Source: Octopus vulgaris
Taxonomy: Eukaryota
Assembly: GCA_951406725.2 (NCBI GenBank)
Contig: OX597832.1
Span: forward strand, 186,001 to 250,000
Length of the DNA stretch: 64,000 nucleotides
Reading direction: 5' to 3'
Made by a program: the position numbers and the translations under genes. Within the stretch, counting starts at the first letter, position 1. Every line of letters starts with the position of its first letter. The notes beneath the pieces are model-generated. The model was given only the letters and a program-made list of their open reading frames with translations. It searched no databases and was not told the origin of the DNA. Of the stretch, positions 13,270 through 25,400 are shown in pieces.

Positions 13270-14519
13270 ATTTTTGTTTAATTTTGCTATTTTAGATATC
13301 AGCAGAAAAAAGGTAATTTAATATTGGGCAGGACCACCTTTGGCAGTAATTACAGCTTGAATTCTACAAGGTATGGACTTGTACAAAGTTTAAATTGTTT
13401 CCAGAGGAATTTTTGTCCATTCTTCAGCTAAAATAGTCTCCAGTTCTTGTAATGATGATGGTGGAGGATATCAACTCCTTGTTTTTCTAAAATGCAGCAT
13501 AATTGTTCAATAATATTGAGATCTGGGGACTGTGGTGGCCAGATAAGATGTTCAACTTCACTAGAATGTTCCTCATGCCACTCAGTCACAACTTTAGCTT
13601 TGTGAATTGGTGCATTATCATCCTGAAAGATTGTTTCCCTCCAGAAACAGTTCTACAACCATAGGGTGAATTTGATTAGATAAAATACTTAAATATTCTT
13701 GACTATTCTGCCATGAAGGGAAACCATTGGGCCATTGGATTTGCAAGATATAGCCCTCCCCCCTCCATCATCACAGATTTTCCTGCATGTTTAATAGTTG
13801 GAAGAAGGCAGTCTGGGTCATATGCTTCTTTGGCTGTCTCCACATGTATACTTGGCTGGTGGTTGGAAATAAGGTAAAGGACGATTTGTCTAAGAAAATA
13901 ACATTCTTCCATTGCTCTAGGGACCAATTCTGTAGGGTCTTTTTACCTAAACACTTTGCAAAATTTGTTTTTGAAACTAGTGGATTTCTGAATGCAGCCC
14001 ACCTCTGAAAGCCAGCTTTGTGCAACTCCTGGTGAACAGTTTTTGTGGAAACTGGGTTCTCAAGGTGGTCATTAAGTTTTGCAGTCATTTTGGGAGCTGT
14101 ACTTTTGTGGTCCTTTCTAACAATTCACATAAGAGTCTGATGGTCCCTATCTGAAAGTTTTGGTTTTCTTCTGGAGTTTTGTTTCGACGAGGTGGTTTTT
14201 CCCTCTTTCTCAAAGGCTGTCATTACTTTCAAGACAGTATTTCTTGATGCACCAAACATTTCGGCTGTTTTTGTTATGCTAGCACCTGCCATACGACCAC
14301 CAACAATTTGACTTCTTTGAATGTCTGATAGATCTGTCATTTTAATGAATTTTAATTACCTTTTTCTGCTGATATCCTAAAATTTTAGCAAAACATATTA
14401 AGCAACACTAATAATAAAACAAAAAATATAAAATTAAACAAGCTTTTGACGGTTTTATAGATATTTCAAAATTATGATGCTATGATGCTAGGTGTTTCCA
14501 TTATTTTGTCCAACCCCTG
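13270..14519 (-). mobile_element. Tc1-family DNA transposon, pseudogenised
   Basis: MTDLSDIQRSQIVGGRMAGASITKTAEMFG..RRKPKLS (paired-like HTH), WKNVIFLDKSSF, QDDNAP and PQSPDLNIIE motifs. The outer TIR caggggttggacaaaataatggaaacac ends at 14519; the inner TIR portion is repeated inverted at ~13270-13320. Confidence 0.9.
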
Positions 14520-15042
14520 GATCTTTCAGAAAGCTCCATACCAATTTAACTTTATGTAGCATTCGCTATTAGTTTATGTGGGAAGATAGAATAGAGGGAC
14601 TTTTGTTAGCTTATCTCTCCGAAAAAATAACTCCCTTTGCTGTTGAAAAAAATATACTTGCAAAGGGGAAGTTTCAATGTTTTCCTTCAATTTCATTACA
14701 CAATTTATGTGGCTGTTTCTGACAAGAAATTTCGCTTTCATTTAAAACAATTATATTTTGTAGTAATTATCTCTAATATACTACCAAAACACTTCAATAG
14801 CTCTACTTTGCATCACTTGCAAACTTATATGTTCTATCATCATTAAAGTGCAATGACATCCAGAATAACCAGCCTTTAATTTAAATATCTGTTCCTAGGT
14901 TAGTCAGAAACATAGATTGCTGAGCTACTCATAAACCTTCTCAATACTTGAATTATATGGTAAAAAAAATACCACTGAAACAACTTATACTCTCCAAAGG
15001 ATGGGTGCGTTTGCTAGTATATATTTATATATATATATATAT

Positions 15043-15438
15043 ACTAGCAGTATCGCCCGGCGTTGCTCGGGTTTGTAAGGGAAATAATTATATAAGCATT
15101 TTTAGAGATGTAAAGTATAATAGCCATCTCAATATGGCTAACCACAAAGGGGTAGGGGTGTTACTGTAGCTTTTTACGTTCTGAGATTTAATAATAAATT
15201 TTAGAGAGTTACTTCCCTTATATATGTCAAAAATGGATTAAAATGGGAAAAATTGATGGTAAATTTTTTTTTAAATCGTAGACTCATCGTAGACGTGCGC
15301 TAATACCCAGACGGTCTCGATATGAATCACGACTATAAGATACCCGGTTTTGGTTAAACTGCACTGCAAAATGTGGGAGTAGTTAGGAATCTAAATCGTA
15401 GGAGACAGACACACAACCTCACTTTTATATATAAAGAT
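15043..15438 (+). mobile_element. Non-autonomous Helentron/HINE (Helitron2-type) element
   Basis: Begins actagcagtatcgcccggcgttgctcggg (subterminal hairpin), ends cagacacacaacctcacttttatatataaagat, and lies in a (TA)n tract. Confidence 0.7.
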
Positions 15439-15539
15439 TTCCTCTATTTACATAATATTGAGGTCTCTTTCTTTCTTTTGTTATCTTACTGTTTTTACCA
15501 ATATACATATATATATATATATATATATAAATATATATA

Positions 15540-15866
15540 TAGTTACAGAGATGTACTTGCATAGCAAGTGACTTGATCTGAGATCGTGTGCTGGAATGAA
15601 AACAGTTGCAGCGTTGAAGGTGTTTATAAGCCATTTAAGAAACACACAAAAACCGTTAGATTCACTTCAACATTTAAATTTAATTTGTCAAAATATTTTC
15701 GTCGCTTTGAGACCGCGACCTGTTAGCACGATATTTTTGTCAGTGAACAGGTCGCGGTCTCAAAGCGAGGAAAATATTTTGCCAAATTAAATTTAAATGT
15801 TGAAGTGAATCTAACGGTTTTTGTGTGTTTCTTAAATGGCTTACAAACACCTTCCACGCTGCAATA
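15540..15866. mobile_element. Palindromic PLE-type tail with variant hammerhead
   Basis: Near-perfect inverted arms ~15606-15724 and ~15746-15864, flanked by (TA)n. Confidence 0.8.
15736..15786 (+). ncRNA. Minimal type I hammerhead-like motif with G3:C8 core
   Basis: tttgtca-GTGAACA-g-GTCGC-ggtctcaaa-GCGAG-GAA-AATATT-T-tgccaaa. The mirrored arm reads GCGAC and tgacaaa, which restores perfect stems I and II. Confidence 0.6.
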
Positions 15867-15882
15867 TATATATACACACATA

Positions 15883-15913
<31 letters not shown>

Positions 15914-15949
15914 GTGTATATGTGTATGCATGTATGTGTGTGTGTGTGC

Positions 15950-16170
15950 GTGTCTGTGCTTGTGATTGTCCTCCACCACTGCTTGACAACGAATGTTGGT
16001 TTGTTTACATCCCTGTCACCTAGTGGCTTGACAAAAGAAACAGATAGAATAAGTACAATGCTTACAAAAATAAAACTGGAGTTGATTCATTAAACTACAA
16101 TTCTTCAAGGCATTGCCCCAGCATGGCCACAGACCAATGGCTGGAAAAAGCAGAAGAATAAAAGAATACA
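15950..16170 (+). mobile_element. Octopus-type SINE, 3' part
   Basis: gcttgacaac..gatagaataagtac..ccagcatggcc..aaaagaata, as in 50727-51130. Confidence 0.65.
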
Positions 16171-16229
16171 TTCTCTGCTTTGGTCTTATGTTCAAGGCAT
16201 GAGAAAGCTTGAGTTTACATGAGAAGGCC

Positions 16230-16520
16230 TAACAGACCTGGTAGAAACAGCAGCCAAATCTCCCTCAAATCACACCTTACTGTCTTATGTATGTATATAT
16301 ATATGAGCCAATGAGGGGGACCTCTACATGGTAGCTAGACCTGGTAGAAATAGCAGCCAAATTTCCCCCAAATCACACCTTACTGTCTTATCTATGTATA
16401 TATGTATGTATGAGCCTATGAGGGAGACCCCTACATGGCAGCTAGACATGGTAGAAATAGCAGCCAAATCTCCCTCAAATCACACCTTACTGTCTTATGT
16501 ATGTATATATATATATACAA
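16230..16520 (+). repeat. Three tandem ~105-bp units
   Basis: agacctggtagaaatagcagccaaatctccctcaaatcacaccttactgtcttat occurs three times, each followed by a TA-rich spacer. Confidence 0.85.
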
Positions 16521-17034
16521 GCCACTACGGTTATTTAATGTAAAGTCTTCCTCAAATCACTCTCGCTATTTACTCTCTTCGAAGAACATTTTCACTCACT
16601 CTTATCTCTTAGCTTGCCATACATTTTACTCATGTATCTATCAGCGTGATAGACAGAAACAAATATTACATCGCCATCGCCATCGCATTCTATTGTCTAC
16701 CTGTCAACACACACACAGTGAATTACTTTCATTTTATTCGTTGCACACTGTGTGTGTGCGTGTGCGTGCGGTGTAAACCACATTAAGAAAAGCATTTGAC
16801 ATACACACCAGAATGTGAGTTTTCTGTAAATTTTGCTTAATTGGAGTTTAAATTTTAAAAACTGGACCTGGCATGACCCGATGCATTCTACTCTTAAAAA
16901 TGCTAGGTAAATTGTAATTGAAGAAATCCTATATTGTAGATTTCTATAACTGACAAAGGGAGGCAGATAAAATCTGCCTTTTATAATAAGAGATATATGT
17001 GTGTGTGTGTATCTATACACGTGTGTGTGTATAT

Positions 17035-17360
17035 ATAGGAGCACTCCATTCCTTACATCAACAAGGGTCCCAACTGATACGATCAATGGAACACCTTGCT
17101 CATGAAATTAACGTGCAAGTGTCTGAGCTCTCCACAGACATATGTACCCTTAACGTAGTTCTTGGGGAAGATTCAGCATGACACACAGTGTGACAAGACT
17201 GGCCCTTTGAAATACAGGTGCTACTCATTTTTGCCAGCTGAGTGGACTGGAGCAATGTGAAAATGAAGTGTCTTGCTTAAGGACAGAACACGTCGCCGAG
17301 AATTGAACTCATGACCTTATGATTGTGAGCCGAATGCCCTAACCACTAAGCCATGCACCT
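17035..17360 (-). mobile_element. tRNA-derived SINE (Meta/V-like core)
   Basis: Minus strand: tggcttagtggttagg (A box), gagttcaattc (B box), tgtccttaagcaagacactt, ccactcagctg. Confidence 0.75.
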
Positions 17361-17368
17361 TCATTTTG

Positions 17369-17423
<55 letters not shown>

Positions 17424-17509
17424 TATATGTGTGTGTGTGTGTATATATGTATGTATGTATGTATATACAAATATATATGTGTACATATATATGTATATTT
17501 ATGTGTATA

Positions 17510-18560
17510 AATCAGAAGTGGTGTCCCCCCAGAGAACTCTTCTGGGGCCATTACTGTTCATAAAAGAGCTCTTTTAGACATGCCCACAGTCACTTGGATA
17601 GCCACTGTCACTAGCTATGCCAATGACATAAAATTATCACAGGCAGTAAAAAAAACCAAGAGGATGTTACAAGCTTACAGTAGGACCTGAACTCAGTATA
17701 TAAGTGAGCTGAAATAAACATGTAGTTTAATGCTGGAAAATTTCAAGTACTGCAATATAAACTCAGTACAAATACAGTGCAATGTACATTTACAGGACCC
17801 GAAGGCATTATAATCCCAGAGTCACAGGCAGTGAAAGACTTGGGGATCAGCATGTGCAATGATGCATCATTTCATATGCACATAAGCAAGATGACAGCAA
17901 AAGGCAGACAACTGGCAGGATGGATATTGAGGTGCTTGAAGACAAGAGACCAAGAAATTATGTTGACCCTTTGGAGAACCTTTGTTCTCAGCTGCCTGGA
18001 TTACTGTTCCCAGTTATGGTCACCACATAGTGTCAAACTGACAGCTGAGCTTGAAGCAGTTCAATGCCACTACACTAAAAAGATTGAGGCAGATTAAGTG
18101 GATGAGCTATGAGGATAGGCTGAGAAAACTACAGCTCTACTCCTTGGAGTGAAGGCATGACAGATACACAATAATATACATATGGAAGATCCTAGAAGGG
18201 CTAGAACCTAACTTTGGCATTGAGTGTTATACAAATGCCAGAACCAGCTGCCATTGTATTGTACCAAAGGTACCGTTCATCTAAATTCAGGACCAGGTTT
18301 TGCAATATCTAGGGTTCAAAGGCCCACAGCCTTTCAATGCTCTGCCACAAAAATTAAGAAAGTTGCATAAGGTGGAAGTAGATGTCTTCAGAAAGGAATT
18401 AAACATCCTCTTCTCCACAATACCGGATGAACCAACAGTCCGACATAAGGTACAGATGAGGGTAGCGGAATGAAACTCAATTATACATCAAATGGACCAA
18501 CAGCTGGTAAAAAGGTACATACAGGAGTGGTGATGTGAAATACCCAGACTGAGGAAGTCA
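17510..18560 (+). mobile_element. CR1-group LINE RT 3' fragment
   Basis: Degenerate GVPQ..LLGPLLF, YAND (YADD), VKDLGI, LSCLDYCSQLWSPH, LEAVQ..TKKI. Confidence 0.85.
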
Positions 18561-18632
18561 GAAAGGCCATGGTGGTGCTCCAGCATGATCACAACTGCAT
18601 GACTGGAACGAATAAAAAAGTTCATATATATA

Positions 18633-18679
<47 letters not shown>

Positions 18680-18680
<1 letters not shown>

Positions 18681-18995
18681 TCTTCACTCTTAATATCAAG
18701 AGTCTATTTATGGTGATCACACAACAAAGGACTTCCTGCCCACAAACACTTCCTAGAACTTAGACCCAACCTCCAGCCTGACACATCCACACTTCTTTGT
18801 CTGGCTGAACTTGTTCTTTCTCTCAACTACTTCTTGTTCATGGGGTATTTTTACTAACTAGTATTGAGAGTGACCATGGGAACATGAATAAGCCCTAACT
18901 ATGTGAACCTGTTTGTTGGTTACATTGAGGCCCAAATATTTCCAAGCTCCATTGGTCCCACTCCTGAACTATACAGTTGTTATATTGAACTATAC
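18680..18995 (+). mobile_element. Penelope-like RT fragment
   Basis: LFTLNIKSLF (D.KSL.T motif) and MGT*ISPNYVNLFVGYIE..PELYSCYI, the PLE RT GxxMG..P..ANLF..RYIDD region. Confidence 0.75.
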
Positions 18996-18999
18996 AGCC

Positions 19000-19680
19000 G
19001 TTATAGTGTGCAAGAGAGACAACTGTGCTGGTATGGTCATGTGGTGAGAATGGACGAGGTTAACTGTGTGAAAAAGTGCCACACCCTAGCGATTGAGAGA
19101 ACCTGTGGAAGAGGTAGACCCAGGAACACATGGGATGAGGTGGTGAAGCATGATCTTCGAACTTTGAACCTCACAGAGGCAATGACTAGTGACCGAGACC
19201 TGTGCTTAAGAGGACCCATGAAGCCAAGTGCACCATTGCTGGTGGCATGTAAAAAATCAACCTTTGAATGTTGGGCCTCATTGAGGCAAAGTGGCTCAGT
19301 TCCTTTCTAGTGTTGGTCCTCACAGAGGCGAGGTGGCTCAGTTCCTTTCAAGCATTGGGCCTCACAGAAGCAAAATGGCCGAGTTCCTTTTGAATGTTGG
19401 GCCTCACGAAGGCAATGACCAAGACTTTTGGCATTATGTCATGCTTGAGAAGAAGACCCATCAAGCCGAGAAAAATTGCAGTCGTGGCAGATACTGATGT
19501 CACACAAATGGTACCTGCGCCAGTGATATGTAAAAGCAACCATTACACTCTCGAAGTAGTTGGCATTAAGAAGGGCATCCAGCCAAAGAAAACCATGCCG
19601 AATCAGACTGGAGCCTGGCACAGCCTTCCAGCCTGCCAGTCCATGCCAGCATGAAGAACAGATGTTAAATGATGATGATC
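19000..19680 (+). mobile_element. RTE LINE 3' end
   Basis: VQERQLCWYGHVVRM..GRGRPRNTWDEVVKHDL, then a 3' UTR with ~35-bp repeats and a gatgatgat tail. Confidence 0.85.
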
Positions 19681-19825
19681 AAAAACAAATGATAAAGATG
19701 GAAAGTGGAATGCACAAGAAACTTTATTGTTCACAATTGTTTCAACACATCTTGCATCAATCCCTCGCTGGTGGGAACCTATACAACTAGTTGTGGTGCA
19801 TCCCTTGGTGCAGAAGCAGACATGA
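19680..19825 (-). mobile_element. PLE-type tail, family B (partial)
   Basis: Reverse complement of 25420-25560. Retains long stem II and GAAACAATTGT; the 5' core is missing. Confidence 0.7.
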
Positions 19826-20134
19826 AGAGGAAAATTACATGGTTGAAAAGTTTGTTGAAAAGGTAGAGAGAAACATGAGGAAAATTTTAAAATATTATTG
19901 TGACTGGAACTGAAATAACTTATCAAAATCAAAATGCAAAGCACCCTTTCTTTCTTAAATAACTTCACATAATCTTTTTCGTTTGGTAGAATTTTCACAG
20001 TTCCCACTAGTATATATATATATATATATGTATATATACACACATAGACACACATACATGCACATGTATATGCATACATATACATATATACATACATACG
20101 CACAAATATACACTGGCTCACACATACATTTGTA

Positions 20135-20365
20135 AATATCAGAAATAATTGGGCTTCACTTGAATTATGTACTTAAGTTAAAGCATCAAGTCAGTCCAGT
20201 ATTATTCACACAGCCCGAAGTAAGGTGAATAAAATCAAAATAAGCAACAAGATATCAAGTGGTGGTGCAGCATGCATTTCAAGCAGCTCCATTTAATTGA
20301 GCAATACAATCATTACATCAATTTAAATGCAGTGCCATCTTCAGCTGCACAAATAAATAAATGGA
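20135..20365 (-). mobile_element. PLE-type tail, family C, with hammerhead-like motif at 20265-20350
   Basis: Minus strand gtgcag-CTGAAGA-long stem II-GAA-ATGCAT-g-ctgcac. The downstream cttgttgcttattttgatt is shared with 46420-46450. Confidence 0.7.
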
Positions 20366-20384
20366 ATTTTAACAAGTAGAACTC

Positions 20385-20785
20385 TTATTTCTTTATTGCC
20401 CACAAGGGGCTAAACAGAGAGGGTACAAACAAGGACAGACAAAGGAATTAAGTCGATTACATCGACCCCAGTGTATAACTGGTACTTAATTTATCAACCC
20501 CGAATGGATGAAAAGCAAAGTCAACCTCGGGGGAATTTGAACTCAGAATGTAACGGCAGACAAAATACCTATTTCTTTACTACCCACAAGGAGCTAAACA
20601 CAGAGAGGACAGACAAATGGATTAAGTCGATTATATCAACCCCAGTGTGTAACTGGTACTTATTTAATCAACCCAGAAAGGATGAAAGGCAAAGTCGACT
20701 TCGGCGGAATTTGAACTCTGAACATAGTGGTAGACAAAATACCGCTAAGCATTTCGCCCGGCATGCTAACGTTTCTGCCAGCAGT
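20385..20785 (-). mobile_element. tRNA-derived SINE, duplicated 3' part
   Basis: Minus strand gctggcagaaacgttagc..gagttcaaattcc..gactttgcctttcatcc. Same family as 53950-54185. Confidence 0.75.
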
Positions 20786-20889
20786 AGGACACATTAATAT
20801 ATATATATACATGTATGTATAAAATCACAAACATGTTTACACATACATTGATACATATGTATATATAGCTTCTTACATACATGTACATG

Positions 20890-22340
20890 TTTATGCGTAT
20901 GTACTCATCCATGCCCATATCAGAGCTTATTTGGACACAGCTACACGTTCAGATGGGGTTATTCCATGGGGGAAGAGTGTCAAAAAAAAAAACTAGGGAA
21001 ATTGATAAAACCGTAAAACAGTGAGACAGCACATGTACCAATATTAATACAGTAATAAATTCATACACTTAGGTCTGTTCATGCATATTGGTTCCAAGAG
21101 CAGTCCATAGTTATGTGTTCATTTGTAGTCTGTTGTTAGTTGTATTGTTAGTACTGTGAGTCCATAAGTGTTGATAGAATAAACACTTTATCATGCAAAA
21201 TACAATCCATGGAAAGCCTCATGACCACTGTAACAGTATCCTGTGTTGTTGAACATAGATGGTAGTGTTGTGTTCATCACTTAAAAAGCTGTATGTAAGG
21301 ACAGACAAAAGGGTATGCATGACAGTGAACAAGCAGGTAACATATACTGTAATAGACCCATGAAATTTCCCATGAAATACCGCAACGTGTGTCTCAGGGG
21401 GAAGTTATGGTTTGTTATCTGGAAATCTAGGTAATCTGTATATGCTAATTAGGTCTGTGATGATGCTACATTGCACATCTCACTATCCTCTCTGAGAGCT
21501 TATTTATGATCCTTCCCTTGTGAACAAAATACACAGCGATTCCTCTGCACATAAACATCACCACCTGGAAAGGGCATTGTATGGTTATGCTTGCCTCGTT
21601 AGGGACCAAGACAGGTCATATTGTATCTTCTCGGATTTAAGTTGTCACAGAAAGTCCATCAATGATGTTGAGTGCCTCTTTTTGACTTAGTTGAAGCTGG
21701 TGATGTGGTTACAGTATCGATTTTTGAACAAATCAGCCATTGCACCTATGTACACATACAGGACTCCTCTTGTGTGCACGATGCATGTATATACAATGTT
21801 ACGACTCATGCAGAGGTTATTCAAGGGGCATCATATTTTAACTATGCATGGGCATTTGTTATAGTTTGTTGTTATTGTCCAGCTGCTGCCCTCGGTTCTT
21901 ATCGCAGTTCCTGTTGCGTTTACATCTCTATTCCGTATACTTTTATGACATGGCCTCATTTGGTTATTTATGATTTGGTTGCCAGTATTTGTGGTGTTGT
22001 TGTAACTACTGTGTTCTATGTATTGTTCTACATTATGGCTGGTTGAGTAAGCATTGGATATTCTTCTTTGGTTAAGAGCACATTGGGTCGGTAGACCAAC
22101 TCATGGTTCAATTTTCTGTTATTAATCCAGTGTATATGTTGCTCTAAGTTACAAGAGTTGGCATATGACACCCTCACAGTGTGTCTGTTAACTATAGTAT
22201 GGTACCCATTTGATTTGTGGGAGTACCTATCTAAAGTGGTGAAAAACTGCTTTGCAATCCTTGAAGAAATGTGCAATCTGTGGATCGGGTTATACTATAG
22301 GATGGTCCAACAAAGCCAGTAAATTCTTGTTACTGGATAT
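20890..22340 (-). mobile_element. Penelope-like element 3' half (linker plus GIY-YIG), decayed
   Basis: YNPIHRLHISSRIAKQFF..IVNRHTVRVSY..NLEQHIHWINNRKL matches the PLE WFNPP..NRNTVKVSY linker and is followed by a GIY-YIG remnant and 3' UTR. Confidence 0.85.
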
Positions 22341-22349
22341 AGAGAGCTA

Positions 22350-23330
22350 CTATGCTACAATCAACCCCATCCTCCATTGTATATAAATATGCTGTGCATA
22401 CAGGAGGAGTCCTGTATATATACATAGGTGCAATGGCTGATTTGTTAAAAAATCAGTACCGCAACCACATCTCCAACTTCAACCAAGTCAAAAAGAGGCA
22501 TTCAACATTACTGGTGGACTTACTGTGGCAACTCAAACCTGGGAAGATATAATATGACCTATCCTGATCCCTAATAAGGCATGCGCAACCATACAATGCC
22601 CTTTCCAGGTGGTGTGGTTTATGCACAGAATCGCTGTGCATTTTGTTCAGAAGAGAAGGATCATGAATAAGCTCTCTGAAGGAATAAGATGCTTGCATGC
22701 TAGAAAATGAACATTTGCCCATTATAATAAGCACAATGTAGTATCATCACATACCTAATTAGCATATACAGATTACCTAGATTTCCAGATAACAAACCAT
22801 AACTCCCCCCTTGGACACACGTTGCAGTATAACATCACTGGGAAATTTCATAGATCTATTACAGTATATGTTACCTGTTTGTTCGCTGTCATGCATACAC
22901 TTTTATCTGTCCTTACAGCTTTCTAAGTGATGAACACAACACCACCACCTATGCTCAACAACACAGGATACTGTTACACTGGCTACAAGGCTTTCCATGG
23001 CTGTATGTTGCACATTAAAGTGTTTATTCTATCAACACTTATAGACTCACAGTACCAATACTACAACTAACAACAGTCTACAAAGGAACACATCACTATG
23101 GACTGTTCTTGGAACCAATATACATGAACAGACCTCTTGATCAGTGCATATGCTAAGTGTATGAATTTATTACTGTGTTAATATTGGTACATGTTGTGCT
23201 GTCTCACTGTTTTACTGTTTCATCAAATTGCCTTGTTTGTCCTGACCCACCCCCATGGAATAACCTCATTGGAACATGTAGCTATGTTCTAATAAATTCT
23301 GATATAGGCATGGATGAGTACATATGCATA
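22350..23330 (+). mobile_element. Inverted 3' tail of the same Penelope-like element
   Basis: IVYKYAV..YIG..LKNQYRNHISNF..HSTLL..LWQLK (GIY-YIG). The segment is the reverse complement of ~20890-21800. Confidence 0.85.
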
Positions 23331-23726
23331 AACTCATACATGTATATGAAGCTATATACGCATATGTATATATATGTTGATGTATATGTAAACATTTGTG
23401 CATATATATACGTGTATAAAGGTAGGTGTGCATATATAAATGGATATGTATTCATACATTTTTGTATAGTTGTATATAGGTGATCTTGCATGTGTATTGC
23501 TTTCTACATACACAAATGTATGTATTGGCATAAGCACCTGGACAAAAGTATACATATACAGTGAGAGTAGGCACATATGCATGCATGTGTGTATGTATAT
23601 GTATATAAATATTAGCATTTGCTGTGGTATATATATATATATATATATATAGCTAGCTAGATAGATGTGAACACGTGCAAGCAAGCAAACGTGTGTATGT
23701 ATGTTTGTCTATGTATACATGCATGT

Positions 23727-24941
23727 AAAAGAGTACCCAAAAGTAACCAGAAACATTCTCTGGAACAAAACCATTCTAAGCCACTTCAAAACAGTGGCTG
23801 AAACAGTTGTCATGCTTCAAACAGCTTGCAATGATGCTGCCATGAGCAAAACACAAGTATGAGTGTTTTCCATGCTTGAGGAATGGTAACTTGTCGAAGA
23901 CCAACCTCATTCAGGACAACTGTCAACCTCCATGAAAATTCATGAACTGAGCTTGGAGGACTGTCACTGAATAATTGACAAACTTGTTGATATGACTGGT
24001 CTGTTCAAGAGCTCCTGCCAACAAATTTTGAGCAAGGAATTGGGAATGAAAACAGTTGCAGCAAAATTTGTGCCTTGCGTGGTCATGGAAGATCAAAACC
24101 AGTCATGACTGAATGTGTGTTGTGAACTGAAGGAATAGGTGGAAATTGATCCAGACCTTTTTTTCGAAGGTCATTACTGGTGACGAAAGCTGGTGCTATG
24201 GAATTTGCAGATGTGGAAGAAAAAAATGATGGAGGTGTTAAATGACATCACTTTGCAAGAGTTCCAGTACTGCTTCAAATCTTGGAAAACGCTCCTGGAT
24301 CAATGCATTGCTTCTATAGCGATTTTAAGCAACTTATGCTTCTCTTATGTTATATATTATAGCATATATTTTCTAGTTAGTTTTGTTACAGTTAATGCAA
24401 CGCTACTTATTATGTTTCCTATTTGGAAATAGATAAAATTATTTGGCTTTTAAAGTAAGGATGTATAATGATAGAACCGTCACTTATAACTTAAGTGTTA
24501 TAATTATACGCAAATCCGAACTACAGTATATAAACGCCATAGAGAAATATACTTTCTGGAACGCTAACGAACATTAGCGAGAATGTATGTTAAATATGAT
24601 TTTCGTGTTCATTCAACCGCTATAAGAAAATACAATTTAATAATTACAGAAATACATTTTATACATAGTTGAAGAAAGTGAAGAAAGAGAAAACATTTTC
24701 TTAATTAATTTTTATTATATACATATAGCATTTTATATTATATACAGGTGAAAGAAAGATAAATTTCATCGTAGAGAATTATGACTGTATATTTTACTAT
24801 CTAATTCCTTAATCTAACTAATATTGAATCTCAACAATTCAAATGGAGAATACTTTGAAGGCAATAAAATAGTACACATGTAAAACTAGGTGAATAAAAT
24901 GATATTGCAAAATTCCAGTTTCTTTTGGGTACCCCCTCCTA
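23727..24941 (+). mobile_element. Internally deleted mariner with a nested ~520-bp insertion
   Basis: TIR-like ends gagtacccaaaagtaaccagaa and ttccagtttcttttgggtacccc. Contains AAKFVP and KVITGDESWCYG; interrupted at ~24318-24835. Confidence 0.75.
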
Positions 24942-25400
24942 TATGCATATATGTATGTACATGTTTATATAGATGTATGTGGTAAACAGATACTAAGAGA
25001 TTTATGATCAACTCAGGTCCTTGAACTGATGATGTAGTGCCCTGCCCCACAGCATGATACATGAATGCCTGGGCAGTTTAATGGCTTTTACTTAACTGCC
25101 CATATGAGTGAGTTTGTGTACAAAGGACCGAGCATGTGTGTGTGTGTACAAAGGACTGAAAGTGTGGGTATGGAAGTATCTATATCTGGGTACTGACACA
25201 CTTGATATTTTTACCTTTATTGTATGTTTTATTTTCATTATTCTTATTATTTTTCTTAATTACTCCCTGTCTGTATCTATAACTTTGCAATGGAATCTGT
25301 CCCTTGCCATTCCTGCCCGATGGCTTAAACCTACGGACACTTACAACATGCTGTATTAAATCCAAGTGAAACAGAGTTCATTTAACAAGATACCTCTTAT

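Noticed and set aside
16230-16520. CRISPR-like repeat-spacer array
   Set aside because: Eukaryotic context, spacers are not unique, and there are no cas genes.
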